DNA from: Vitrella brassicaformis CCMP3155
Taxonomy: Eukaryota; Protista; Chromerida
Direction: 5' to 3'
Assembly (NCBI GenBank): GCA_001179505.1
Contig: CDMY01000781.1
Location: 1 to 64,000, forward strand
DNA length: 64,000 nucleotides
Part shown: piece after piece, positions 50,410-63,984 of the stretch
Layout: each line of letters begins with the position of its first letter
Position numbering within the stretch: position 1 is the stretch's first letter
Program-made: the position numbers and the translations under genes
Notes under the pieces: generated by a model
What the model was told of the DNA's origin: nothing
The model's database searches: none
Seen by the model: only the letters and a program-made list of their open reading frames with translations

Positions 50410-52899
50410 TGGGTGGGATGGATGGCTGGTGCATGAGCATGACCGACCACACACTGGACTCAATCGCTTGTGCTGCATTGCGTTGCGCTGTGTGGGTGAG
50501 GGAGGGTGAGGTGGGGGTGGGGATGTGGCGGGGGAGAGAGATGGTGTTTGGAGGGAGGGAGGGAGGGAGGGAGGGCTTCATGATTTTTCACTGTATGTGT
50601 TGTGTGTTCGTGTGCCTGCGTGATGGCTGGCTGGCTGGCTGGCGGCTGGGTGGGTGGGGCGTATCTTATTTTCCAATTTGCTGTGAGTGAGTGCCTGGGA
50701 AAGGCGCGGATGTCATTTATTGGTCAATCGATTGAGGAGGCGGGTGTGCTGTGCTGTGCATGGCATGCTGTCTGTCAAGAGGAATTGACCGAATCGAATC
50801 GACCATGAGTGATGCGATCGATGCCATGATGGCAGAAAGGCATGGCAGGCTGGTTTTGTCCATCCACTCACTACACCAAAGTGGGCATTTTTCTCGGACC
50901 GCCACGCCACCCTTCTACTGCCTGCCTGGCCTGCTTCTGCTCATCATCCCTTCCCTCCCTCCCTCCCTGTTCCTTTCTCCTATGATATGATGTGACAGCC
51001 ACTCACCCATGCATTCACTCACTCCAGACGCCTCCCTCCTATCGTCCTGTCTGTCTCCTCTTGTCCTTTCTTCTCGTCTTCCCTTTGCCCATTCACTCAC
51101 TGCTGGTGTGTACAGGCAGGTATCTAGCTGTGGACGACGTCAGGCGTACCAATATGGGCGGGCGGGCTGCCATGCTCGAATCGGTCATCTACAGGGAGGG
51201 AGGGAGGGAGGGAGAGGGGGGATGCGTGTGCACATGAGCGTGAGCGTGAGCGTGTGTGGCTGTGTCTTAGTCACTGTGGGGGGGTTGTCGGGTGAGGGTG
51301 TGTGTGTGGTGCTTTATCCAATTATCCAATTCGTCACTGTCATCATGCCACGTACATAACATGCATAGCATGCATATCATCGCATACCATACCATCGCAC
51401 CGGTCTTTTCTAACTGACAAAGATGCTGCAAACACACGATGAAATGAGCTGCTGCATGGCATGTGTGTATGGCGGGATCCCTCTCTCGTCGGTTGACCAA
51501 GGTCCTAGCCCCACACCTTCTCAGGCTCGGCGGGGTCGGTTCTTCACCGAATCGATGTCGGTGACGGAGTGATAACGCGTGTCCTGTCAAGGTGTGGGAC
51601 AAGGGCCAAGGCCCGGCGGAGAGAAGAGAAGGGAGATTGCAGAAAGCCCTCTCTACGCGTGCGTATATGTGTGAGTGTCTCGTGCTCGCATCGCCCCAGC
51701 CCACTCTCCACATGGACGTTGCCACGAGCTAGATTGCGGATGGATGGATTGATGGATGGATGGATGGATGGGTGCATTCACGCCTTTTTCTGCAGACAAA
51801 CAGGTGGCCGTGATGCCCTCTTGGCTGGGCTACCTACCGCCATGTCTGTATTTCTCGTAATTCGCAGGGCTGCCTGCCTGCCTGTCTGGCTGACCGACCG
51901 ATGGATGCCCTGCCTGTGTATGTCTGACTTGTGTGGCCTGCCTGCCTGCCTGTCTGGCTGTCTGTCCCTCGTCAATCGGCACGGTCTATGTGTCTATCGC
52001 TCTGAGGGCCCCCCGAGAGATGCTATGCTATCATGACACCGATGAGGGCGGCGGGATTTTGATACGGTCTGCGGGATGTGCGTGTGTATGTGTAGGTACG
52101 TGTGCGCCTGAGCTGGCTGGCTGGCTGTGCCATGCACTCACTCACTCCTCGTGCTGGCACAAATTTTTGCGCAGCGTTCATTTCATTTCGCCCGGCGATA
52201 TGGGGCGGGCGGGCGGGCGGGGCGGAGATGGCGGAGACATGTGTGATGCGGGCGTGGCTATTGGTGTTTGCCTTCTCACGTCCATCGATGAGTTACTTAC
52301 ATGTGTGTGTGATGGTGTAGGGACGTCAGTCAGTTTTCGTTATGCGTGTGTGGGTGTGTTTCTTTGCGTGGGGGGAAAGAAGGGCAGGGCCTCGATACCT
52401 TGGACATGGGTGATGTGATATGGTCTGCTCTGGTCTGCCCGCTGCTGCCCGCCGTCTGCCCGCCGTCTTACTGTTTCAACTCACTTCGCCTCACTGATTT
52501 CTCTTATCCTTCCCCCCTCTCCCTCTCCCTCCCTTTCTCCCTCCCCGTCCGTCCATCATCTGTAGAACAGCCTTGCCAATGGGTTTAGGGCGGGTGTCTC
52601 GTCGTTTGTCTGTCTGTCTGTGGTGATAGTCTGTGCCGGCCGTACCTCTCTACCCCATTGCCGACCCAAGAGGCTTGTTCATGGACGAGAGATAGCGTGT
52701 GTGCGTACGTACGTACGTACAAAGAGAGAAAGACATGAGAATTGACGTCCGACCATGCACCAGTGACTGAATGGATTCACCCCCCACCACCACAACCAAG
52801 CGTGAGGTCCATCCATCCATGCAATCGATGCAATCGACAACACACACAAACCGCCAGTCAGTCGACACACACGATAGATACCACCACCAAACACTCTAC

Positions 52900-54145
52900 C
52901 TACGGCGTTATCTTGTTCCGTTTCTTCTTCATTGTCTGCGGGCGGCCTTCCTCGCGTTTCCTCTTTTTCGGCTCTGCGTATGCGTCCCGAACGCGATCCA
53001 CATACCGGGACAGCTCGTCAGTCCCCGACGGACGCGACGGCTTCATCGCCATACGCAGCGGAAATGATGGCGATGGCGCGGCCGAGTCGCCACCGGTAGC
53101 GGTGGGCGGATCTCTCTCCAGCACAGCAGCCCTGACCATCCACCATACCATGTGTGAGCATGCCATTGGATGGGTGTAGCTGTGGCATCGTATCCTTCAC
53201 ACCTGTGCTGCTGTGATTTGCTCTTCAGTTTCTCCAGCTTGGCCTTGGCGGCCAGGGCAGGGGGCCTGTTGACCACCTCTCCGAACGCCACCTTGTCCTT
53301 CTGATAGAGCGCCTTGACCTTGGCGGCTTGACCGCCACCGCCGTAGATGTCGGCTGCCTTGCTCTGCAGCCTGGCCATGTGCATGGCCTGACCCCCGCTG
53401 CTCTCCGCCTCGGCATCTATCCACCGAGTGGTTGTGTCTTCGAAGGATGACTCTTCTGCAGGCTTTTCATCGTCGTCATCGTCATCGTTATCTTCTGTCC
53501 GTTTCTTCTTGGCCCTGTCGGCGGCCTTGAGCTTGAGGAGCCGCTGCCTCTGCTTCTCCTTCTTCATGGCGTTGGCGTGCACGGCCGGCATGGCACGGAG
53601 GGCGGTCCTGATGAAGTAAGTGCAAGCAAAACGAGGGAGGACACGATGGATGCAGGAACGGACAAGCACCCCGATGGATGTTGTGACGCTTGCCCACTTG
53701 GTGTGCTCGTCGATGCGCTTGGTGAAGTCGGTGAGGGACTCGTCCGCTCGCAAGCCCTCCGGTGGTTGATGATTTGCACTCTTCTTCGTTGTTTTTGGCA
53801 CCTTCTTCTCCTTGCTGACATTCTGAGGGAGGCCACGAAATAGATAGATTCAGTCATCACTTCTTCCAGCCGCACACACGGCTCCTTTTCCCGCGCGTGG
53901 CCACCGCTGACCTGTTTGATGACTGGCAGCATGCGTCTGTTGCTCGAGCTCTTGTGCTTGTGATTCGGACGGCCCTGTGCCACCTGTGATGGTTGCGATG
54001 GAGGCTGGATGCCAAACACCCTGGCGATGAGTGAGTCATCGTTCCGCTTCGGGGGCTTGTTGTAGGTCTTGAGCTCCTCAGTTGCCGCCCGTCCGATGCT
54101 CTCAGCGTCCACGTTATGCTTCTTCCACTTGGCTAGCCTTCCCAT
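52900..54145 (-). CDS. CCDC137-like basic nucleolar protein
   Basis: ESLTDFTKRID, DKVAFGEVVNRPP and YVDRVRDAYAEPKKRK resemble CCDC137-family blocks; Lys-rich. Confidence 0.55.
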
Positions 54146-54621
54146 GGCCTCTTCCGCTCCTAGTTCCGCTCGCTTCTTCAATCTGCCGTAGATCAAGAGG
54201 TTCAATGGATCTTCCGGTCCCTTACGAAAAAGGTCGGGAAATCGGCAAAGCTCGCAAAAGGTCCCGTAAAACTGCTCGCAGAGGCTTTCCTCCTTGCGAC
54301 GATGTTGGTCCTTTGCGCACCTGTATAACCTCCCGTTAGCATCGGCGTTGAGCCCATCCTCGCATCTGAAGCTTTGGCTGCGCTATCGCAACTGTGGAAG
54401 TCAGAGGACTGTTTTGGTGTTACCGACGACACCAGGGAGCACATGGTGAGAACCCAACACATCCATGCAGCGCTGCATACATTTGTGCGCACATGAGATG
54501 GCCACACTGGAGTAGGATGTCTCGATATCTGTCTGTGTGCGTGCGCGATGCTGGGTGTTTTCAGATAGTCCAATCCATCCTCGTGTGAGGAGCGCACAGT
54601 CCCGTGGAGGCGATAGTGAAG

Positions 54622-56501
54622 ATGAACGGTGACGCAGCCGCCGGGACTAGCTCCCACCCCCCTGCCCCTCCCCTCCCCCCTGAGGCACCGATGCCATCGT
54701 CGGTGGCCACGGGCGGCCTGTCTGCGGCAGTCGCTGCATCATCGTCGGCCAACCTCATGGACGGATTCGGCGCACCACCATCGCCAAACAAGGACTTCGT
54801 GTCGCTGTCGCCATCATCAGCGAAGAAGAGGAGCCGATTCGACCAGAAGGGAGCCGCTGGAGCATCTGGCAAGCCTGACGATGATACATACGACCCGGTT
54901 GTGGGCTCGTCGCTGCCCATGTCGTCGCCATTGGCGTCCCCTCCCCCATCCCACGCACACACCGACGACAAGTCAAAGCGGTGGGCGTCCAAGTGGGACC
55001 AGGATGCCAACAAGCAGCAGCCGGCCGCCAACGGTCACCAGCCTTTGACCATGACGGACTCCCCTCCCCAGCCGTTCAAAGCGCCCGACAGAAAGGCCGA
55101 TGACCCACCCAAGGACAACCTCTCCCCATCACCAGCCATGGACTCGAGGCGCATCATCCGGCCAATACCCAAGAAGAAGAACGCGGCACGCCGGCCGTCG
55201 ACGGGCAATGCCGGCAAGCTCTCGGCCAGCCAGCAGACGTCCTCGCCCGACCTGACGCAGTCCCCTGGGGTGGCTCGCGGGAGTCCCAAGCCCAATGAGA
55301 TGGAGGTCAGGCGGCAGGAGTACGAGGAGCGGGAGAGGAAGAGGAAGCTGCGCGAGGTGCAGAAGCAGCGCTATCGCACCAACCGGTCGCCGGGCCGTGA
55401 GCAGCTGGAGGGAGCAAGTCACTCGGCCAGGTCGCAGGAGTCGCAAGAGTGGAAGGGCCGGCCAGACAAGAGGCTGCGGACGGGCTACCCCTCTCTGTCC
55501 TCGTCAGGACACTCCATGGGCAGCGGGCCTGTCGGCAGGTCGGTGACGGGTGGGGGATTCCCGACGGACGGCGGCAAGTCGCCGCCGCCGCTGGTGGAGC
55601 TGCTCGAGGTGGCGCCGGTGGAGCCGCCCCCCGCCCCTGACATGTCTGGTGGTGCGCCCAAGGGCCCCAAGACCTACTACATCCGTCAGGGAAGGATGGA
55701 CTGGCAGTACCAGCTCGAGAGGAGCAAACAGGAGTAAGCATCAGGGGAGGGGAGGGGAGAAGGAAAGGAACGGACAGCGACCTGATGTGTGTGTGTGTGT
55801 GTGTGTGTGACATGCAGCAATCGTGAGTTGGAGGAGAAGCGAGAGCAGCTGCTGAAGCGCAAGGAGGACATTGAGCCTGACACCAGACAGGAGGTGGATG
55901 AACCACTCACTACATGCTGCACGTATGAATGCGGAACACGACAGGGATTAACATTCTCGTGTCTTGTGTGTTTCTGTGCTGTGGTGTCTGCAGCTCGAGG
56001 CGATGGACAGGAAGGTCAGGGACCTGAGGATTCGCAACCAGGAACTGGTAGGCCACATGACATGACCCATCAAACTGTCCATATATCTGTCTGTGTCTGC
56101 TCCGCTTCCCTGCGTGTAGATTAAGAAGCGTGAGGCCGCGGAGGCCAAGGCCATTGAGGATCGCATTGCGCTGGAGAAGGAAACAGCCGATGTAAAACTG
56201 GCAGAAAAGGTAGGTACGCACTCTGATCATCAGCCAGCTTGCAAGGGAAGGGAAGCAAAGGATGCACACGGTGGTTGATGTTCGATGCTATGGTGTCATT
56301 GGTTGGTCAGGCGGTGCCCGAGCAGCACCAGCCCAGCATCGACGAGGCCAAGAAGAAGAAGCGGGCTGCCATGGCCGAGAGAGCCAAAGCCGATAAGAAA
56401 CACAAAGAGTAAGACTATCAATCGATGAATGAACCCACAGTTCGACTGGGGTCACCTGCTCAACTCTCTCTCTCTCTCTCCCTCTCTCCCTCTTTCTCTC
56501 C

Positions 56502-56540
<39 letters not shown>

Positions 56541-57184
56541 TGTGTGCGTGTGGGTGTGTTTGCAGGGAGCAGGAGAGCTTGGACAAGGTCGAGAAGACCA
56601 TCAAGAAGCTCAAGCAGCTGGAGCAGAAGCTCATCGGGCTCCGCTCGCGCAGACACGACAAGCGGCGCAAGGCGGAGCAAGCAAAAGCCAAGGCGGCGGC
56701 CGCGGCACCACCCCCACTCCCACCCCCGCCACCCGCCCAGGATGCTGCTGCTGTCCCTGCTGCCCCTGCAGCTGCTCAGACCCACGAGCAACCTGCAGCG
56801 GCCCCCGCCCCTCTATCGGCTGCAGCGGAGCCCAGTGGGCCGCTCCCTGCTGGTGATGTCACCATGGCCGACGCACCTCCCGACGGCGGCGGCGATGGCG
56901 ACGCCCGCATGGCGGCAGCAGCCGGCCAGAAGGCTACCGCCGAAGAGGAGAGGGCACCTCCCAAGGCGCCTGAGGCGACTCCAATGGATGAGGAGAGCAG
57001 AGAAGGGGAGGGCGAGAAAGATGCCGTCCCAGAGGAGGGAGAGGGCACGGCGAGTGGTGGGGCGCCGCCCGCTCCTGCCACAGCCAACGCGGAGGGGAAG
57101 GGTGGTGGGGATGAAGGCGATGCGAAGCCAGCCGAGGCGACTGACGCAGCCGCTGCGGCAGACGCGGACAAGATGGCCGATTGA
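54622..57184 (+). CDS. Low-complexity, charged coiled-coil hypothetical protein
   Basis: Long first exon followed by five short exons joining in phase; K/E/R-rich helices and a Pro/Ala-rich tail; no recognised domain. Confidence 0.7.
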
Positions 57185-57546
57185 GAATACCATGTCAGTT
57201 TTTTTCCATCTCGCTCGCACTCGTGAGTGTGTGTGGGGGGGGGCGTAGTGCTTAACTTCAGTGGGTGTGTGGGTGAGATGAGATTTGAAGAGTGCCAGCC
57301 TTGGCCAGGCTGTCCGACGGTCACTGATTGCCTGGGTGACGGTGGGATGCCCTCGCGAAGTAACCTTTCTCATGCATCTTTGACCGCCTAGGTGAAAGGA
57401 TACGGACGAAAAGTGGGTCTGTCGTCTGGGGTTAGGGCAGCAGAAGGGGAAAAAAACTGTCGCTGTGTGGCGGCTGTGATGTATAGGTAACGCTGCGTGA
57501 TGCGAGCATCCGTCGATGGACACGAGATTCCCGATTGATTGACAGG

Positions 57547-60500
57547 ATGCGGTTGCCTTTGACCCTGTTTGCCTTCTCGTCGATTCTCATCCTGCTGATG
57601 CTGCTTGTGGCCCTCATGTTTGATGAAGAGGGGCCTGAGATGAGGGAGATTGAGCTGCTCTTCACAACGATGACCACGCAAGATGATCTCGACGCGCAGA
57701 AGGAGGATGCCAACAAAGTGGAGGACGATAATCCGCTCTGGACTGCCCTCGCGAGGCGGATGGCTGAGTACGACGCCATGCTCGGCATCGGCCCGCTGCC
57801 CCTGGCGGAGAGAAAGGCTGTGCAGTCTGAGCCCATCCAGGAGCTCAGCAACCCCAAGACGGCCACCACGCAGATCTTCTTCGACGGCGCCTTCTCGTCC
57901 ATCTTTGTGCTGGTCATGAACCGCGCCGTGCCGTCCTACCAGACGCAAGTGCCCTACTTCACCTCGCTCTCGCTCTACAAGCGCCAGCTGGACTTCCAGC
58001 TCTTCAGGCTCTCTGCCCGTCCCAACAACAACCTCTTGGCTGACCTGCGGTCGCAGCTGCGGCGGCTGATCGATGTGGACGTGGACATGACCGATGCGTT
58101 CCAGCAGGCTGTGCTCACCAGGGTGGGTGGCTCCAACGGGTCTGCTGGGACCGCTGCTGCTGCTGCTGCTGCTGGTGATGGGGATGCGGAGCAAAATGGG
58201 TTGGGCGACGTCGGCTGGCAAAGATGCTTCGTCGACTTCTTCCGTAAGCAGGGTGGAAATGGGAGAGAGGCAGCACAGCACAGACACGGAAAGATGTATT
58301 GTGTTACGTGTCTGTCTGATGTGTGTGCAGCTGGTACGGCGGCTCAGCTGTCGCTGAACCGTCAGACGCACGACGCGGCACTGGCGTACCGCGAGCTGCA
58401 CGGCGAGTTCGTGACGTGGCAGGTTCACATCTACCGTGGACTGCATCGGGTGGCATGCGAGGAGGGCCAGGAGAGGCAAGGCGACCAGCTCGGACAGACA
58501 TTCAAGTTCGCCGGCAACACGCCTGTGGCCTCCATCGCATTAGCACGCGACAGGCTCTTCTACAGCCGGTGAGTGAAGTGGGCGGTGGCAGTGGGGTGGG
58601 CGCACACACAGAGGATGGAGCTCAGCTCACATGGCTGTTCTTTTTTCCTTGATGGATGCTTTTTGTCAGCCGCGAGGACACTTACATGTTCCGCGCATCG
58701 GCATCCCTCGACAGCCTCTTCCAAGCGCATCCCCCGTCCGCCGCCGACGCACTCACCATGAGCAACGGCCGACTTGCGACGCCTGTCGGTGGTGAGGAGG
58801 TGCCCACCCTGGTGGTGGAGGGCAAGGGCCCGACAGCCGACCACGCCGACCTCTACAGCGACACGATCGTCGTCAGCCCCATGAACATGCAGGACCGGCT
58901 GCACGGATGGCCAGCCACTGTTGTCAGCATGACGATGCGCGGCAACGACTCGACGCTCGCATACGCCGTCCAAGTGCACACCGGTGAGGAGACCTCTGCC
59001 GGTGACGGAGCTGGTGCTGGTGGGGATGAGGGCAACGAGACGGACACTACTGCAGAGATCGCGTGGAAGTGGACGGGCAAGGAGACCCTCCACACACACG
59101 CCGTGACGTTCTTCCATCCCTCGGTCGATGACGGGCCGGGGGCCAGCTCGGAGGACGGCAAGGGTGTGCGAGATTTCATCAAGCGGCCGTTGGTGGCCTC
59201 GTCGGCGGATGGCAACGTGGTCGTGATGGCGTATCTGTTGCGTGTGACGGCGACGGCATTCAGGGCTGGGAGGGACATGGGGGGCAGCAGGGGGCAGGAC
59301 AAGGGGGCGATCCTCTTCGCATCCTTCTGGGAATACTCGCAACGCTTCAAGTCACTCATCGTCAGGTGAGTACTTTGCAGCACCCACCTACGGAGGAGTG
59401 AGTGTTGAGCACACCTTTTCTCTCTCTCTGTGAATGTGTGTGAATGTGTGTGTCAGTGAGGACGGGCAGCATGTGGTGGTGACGTCGGCCTATGACCGTG
59501 TGTTTGTCAAGTCACAGCACTCCAACATCCCTTCAGCAGCCCCCACCGCCCCAGGTCTGATCGGCGATATTTTCGACGTTCATCCCGGCACCACACAGCC
59601 AACAGAGCAAGAGGTACCATACACACAACACACCCCACCGCACTTGACGCTGCAGGCAAGACCGCAAGTCTGTCTGTTCGTTGTGTGGTGTTGTGTGGTG
59701 TGCTGTGGTGCGAATGGCAGGTTGAGCCGAGTCAGTGGCCGTTCGAGTGGGGGCCTGACTACGAACTAGCGCTGGAGAATATACCCAGTGAGTGGAGTGC
59801 AACAGCTGAGCGAGGCCATGCATCCTCCTCGCAAGGCAGGAATTGACACACATTCTGTCCCCTTGAGTGCGTTTCAGCGGCATTGAGGATTCGCTCGGTG
59901 ATGGGTGCGTACGCCTTCCCCACACGAGCACTGCTCAACGCCCACCTCCACAAGGCCATCTCACATCGCACACACACGCAGCGGCAGGACTGCAACAGCC
60001 AATGCAACGAGGGCGACGAGCCCGCCTTGCCCGAGGCTTTAGCCAAGGTACGCTCACGCTCAGCACGCCTCCCGGTTCACCATGGCCCGCCTGATTGTAA
60101 ATGTCTGTGTGCACTCTGTGCAGTATGACGTTGCTGACTATCTGCCGACTGACGTGTTTTTTGTGGCCTTGCTGTTTGAGGACGGGCTGCTGGCGGTCTT
60201 CAAGGTGGAGCCGCCGGCAGGGGGTCTGGGCGGGATCGACTTCGAGGTCAAACTCGTGATCATACAGGTGTGTACGCAATGCATTCCTTGATAAGACGAC
60301 TCCCCACGGCCAGCGAATGACGCTCTCTCTTCCTCTGTGTGTGTGTGTGTCTGTCTCCACCAGCTGCTGATTTACCTCTACATTTTGGGCATCGACCTGG
60401 CGTGTTCGCGACGGAACAGAACCCAGAGACAGCGCCCTGCCGGCGGCGGCGGTGGCAACCCCGCCCCCGCCCCCTCCCCACATGGCGGCGTCGGCATCCT

Positions 60501-61314
60501 CCCCCACCCTCTGCGGTCGCTGCCCCCCCAGGTGGTCTACTGGCTGGAGACCCTCTGGATCATCTCCGTCATCGTCATGCTGCGGCTGATGCGGCCCGTC
60601 TTCACCTTCCTCAGGATGCCCCCGCCGCCGTGGCTGGTGCCCCCAGGCATGAGACACCTGAACCTACCGCCGGGCAGAAGAAATGGGGGCGGCAGACAAG
60701 GCCGGCAGCAGGGGCGGAACGGACAGGCGGCGACGGCTGCGGCAGCAACAGCTGGACAGGAGGGCGATGCTGGGCTTGGTGCCCCTTCACAGCCGTCTGG
60801 CGAGGGCCCTGTGGCTTCTGACACGGCGGGTGAGCAAGAGTGGAGGTCCTTCCCGGCCACCTACGGCCTGACGGCTGGGCTGCGAGGGCAGCAGCAGCAG
60901 CAGCCGGATGCCACATTGTGGTCTTGGGAGGGACTGGGGGGAGGGGCGTCGTCTGCATCAGCATCAGCATCTGCCTCTGCCTCTGCATCTGCGTCTGCAT
61001 CGCGTGAAGCTGAATCGTACGTACCCCCTCGTGACGACAACCCGTACCCGCGCACAGCAGCACCAGGGCCAGCTCAGTCTGCATCTGCGAGTGCTGCCGC
61101 TGCTCCTCCTTCTGTTGCTGCTGCGACACCACCACCGCCACAGACTGGCGGTGAAGAGGGAATGGCGTTGGGGTTTGCCGGCGGTGTGCTGCATGGGGAG
61201 GGAGGGGGAGGGGGAGGGGGTGGGTGGGGCGTGTTGGACGATGGGGATGGTGATGGGGGGGGGAGTGTGCGTGAGCGGAGACGGACATCTTGGTTTTCGC
61301 ATCCCAATGACTGA
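57547..61314 (+). CDS. Unknown membrane protein (N-terminal signal/anchor, beta-rich middle, C-terminal TM helices)
   Basis: Eight exons join in phase. Hydrophobic segments LFAFSSILILLMLLVALMF, LVIIQLLIYLYILGI and VVYWLETLWIISVIVML. Confidence 0.65.
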
Positions 61315-61702
61315 CTGACTGACTTGAGTGCACCCCTTGGGGGAGTCATATATTGTGGTCGTGAATGTGTATGTTCGGAGCGGGGCGAGTCGTGTTTTGC
61401 GCGGCCGGACACGTGGCTGACCTGACGATGGCTGGTGTGTGGCCGGAACGTGGCTGGGATAAAGGTGACGTCAGCTAAAACCGCAAGTAGGTTTGCACTT
61501 GCGATAGAAGCATACTCTCAACACATTAAAGTGGCTGCGCGTGTTCCTCGATTGGTTGCCTGTGAACACGTTCATTCTCTTTCCCAGTTGTAGATCTTCA
61601 CAAAGCTCGCACTGAATGGCATCCCTCTTGTTTCGCGCCGCGCGTCCCCCCTTGCTCAAGCATGTGATGCCCTAGTTTTGTCATCTTCAGCGGAGATCAT
61701 TC

Positions 61703-63536
61703 ATGTCCAGGTTCGCATCATGGCAGCTGGGTGTGATGGTGCTCTCCTTGCTCGCCATTCTCAGCGCCCTTCACAGCCTGCCAGCGACGCCAATGGACGC
61801 CTTCAAGGGACCACGAGGCGAGTGGCAGCTCGTCAATCATGTGCTTCCCTGGATGCGGTGGCCAAAAGCCAAAAGCATCGCCTGTCGAAGAGCCCCATGC
61901 TGCAGGTCTGCAAACAGCACAGGCAGACAGACAGACAGACAGACAGCACACCGGATTGCAAATCGGCGTGTTGTGTGTTCTTACTTGCAACAGGTTTCTT
62001 GTCGGCACTGGAGCGAGCCAACATCACCACGGCCCACCTGCAGTCAAAGCTCGACAATCCCATCACCCTTTCCGACACCCGGCGCATCATGGACGCCGTG
62101 ACGCCCTACCTCTTGATGCCGCCAGAGGACTGTGGCCTCGTGGATGCGGCCGTCACGTCGAGAGAGGACTGTGGCCTGGTGCAGCGTCGTGACGAGGCGG
62201 ACGACCGTGGTTTTGCCCAGGATTCCATTGCAGACTGCAGCAGCCGCTTCTTCTGGCGCGTGCTGACTGGCAGACGGAGAGAGAAGCCCATACGCATTGT
62301 CGACGTGGTGAGGAAACGAAAAGAGGTCGACAGAGCCACAACATGCTTTATGCGTCCGTCCATCCAGGTGCTGTTTGGCTACGAGCTAGATCTGCTCGAA
62401 ATCCGCTTCCATGAGCTGGACGACGTCGTCGCCCACACTGTGTTGCTTGAGAATGAGTTGTCGATGAAGGGCGTCCCCAAGCCACTGATGTGGCAAGAGG
62501 CACGGACACAGGAGAGGTTCGCCCGATTCGCCAATCGGACGTCATCGGCGGTGGTGCTGACCCGCGACACGCCCGTCAAGAAACGGGGCCTGTGGCCGTG
62601 GGAGAGGGCCACGCGGCAGGCTGCCTTCCGAGTTGTGAGGATGGTGGACATGCAGGAAGGGCTTGAGCTTGACAATGACGATGTCATCATATATGGAGGT
62701 AGGTGGCAACGTCTGCAGGCAGTAGGCGTGGTGCACGCCGTTCCTTCCTTTGCATCCTTGTGGCTTGGCCAGATTTGGATGAGATGCCCTCGGGTGAGTC
62801 TCTTCGTCACCTGCAGCAGTGTGAGCCGCGGCCGGGGGTCTTTCCTCTCTCTGGCGGTCTCCTTTTCTTCATTGGGTAAGTCAGTCAGCCAGTCAGTCAG
62901 GCACCCAACCGCCATACACAGGCGATCGCCGGCCGTGTCATTTCTGCCCGCCAAACAGTCGTTTGGATGAGGTGTATCTGAGTGACAGCCCCGTGCCAGG
63001 CTGGAAGTACCTTCTCGAGCGACCCTCGTACCACAGTGAACACCAAAGACAAGAGCACAGAGAAGGACAATGACACGACATCTCTGTGCGAATGCTTCTC
63101 TGGATGCAGGATGGCACGACGCCAAGCGGATTAGGAGGCTGGAGCAGCCCAAGAGGGTACGCCATCAGACAGATCTGTGCTCCATACCAGAATGGCATGT
63201 CCATGTGTGCAGCCGGGTGGGTACCTACCAGGAGGATGGCACCTCTCAGACTACCCCTTCCTGCCCTTCATCCTCATCAAGCGCATCACCATTTCCGAAT
63301 CGAGGGCACTCGAGAGCCACATATGGCGAGACGTGCTCAGGGGTGAAGTTCGACCTGATTTTCGGCCGCTGATGAAGGGATGGAAAAAGCGACTTACGAG
63401 ATTTGATGCGCTTGCGGCTCACAACGCGAGATACCGGATGCTGGGTGAGGTCGCGGGCAGGGGGCCGTGGTACCTGTTGTGTAATCGAGAGCGGTTTCCC
63501 GCTTGGTTTTGGATGAGAGACAGGCGACTCGACTGA
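61703..63536 (+). CDS. Glycosyltransferase family 17 (MGAT3/GnT-III-like)
   Basis: VLFGYELDLLEIRFHELDDVVAHTVLLE...GVPKPL; spliced DDVIIYG|DLDEMPS (DxD-type motif); GGWHLSDY. N-terminal exon structure uncertain. Confidence 0.8.
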
Positions 63537-63865
63537 TGGATGTTTGCTGGAGGGGTGGGGTGGGTGTGTGGGTGTAGATAGAACAGATAGCATGTGCGTG
63601 ACTGACGTGTGGCCGGCCGGGTGTGTGTACATGTGTGTGCAGACAGACAGACAGACAGATCTTGTGGCTTCGTGCGGTGCGACAGATTGACAATTGTCAC
63701 ATCTCTCTCAAAGCTTAAGCTTGAGCAGCTTCGCAAACTCAGCATCCATCCATCCATCCATGCACGTCGTGCACGCACGCCACTCACACCACACCCAAAA
63801 ATCCATGGATCTCTTCCCTCGCCTCTCAGACACCCTCAGGCTATCATCTCTCGTCATGCCGTCGG

Positions 63866-63984
63866 TCAGCCCTTGGACACAGCGCCAGCTTCAGCTGGGG
63901 CGGTGGTAGTGGCCTGGCTGCTGTACTGCTTGATCATGGCGTTCTCCACCACACGGATGCACTCACTGATGTCCGCACCACCGC
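63866..63984 (-). CDS. Last exon of a gene entering from the right edge
   Basis: GGADISECIRVVENAMIKQYSSQATTTAPAEAGAVSKG* after a TAG acceptor; G/C-ending codons. Confidence 0.45.

Noticed and set aside
61466-61473. CRE-like TGACGTCA palindromes (also at 28310, with partial copies at 2525, 13394 and 52741)
   Set aside because: Few copies, in inconsistent positions relative to genes; not distinguishable from chance.
62773-62793. Apparent 21-nt micro-exon carrying the GT17 DxD motif
   Set aside because: The frame continues through GGTGAG as DEMPSGESLRHLQQCEP, which fits the family, so the exon extends to 62876.
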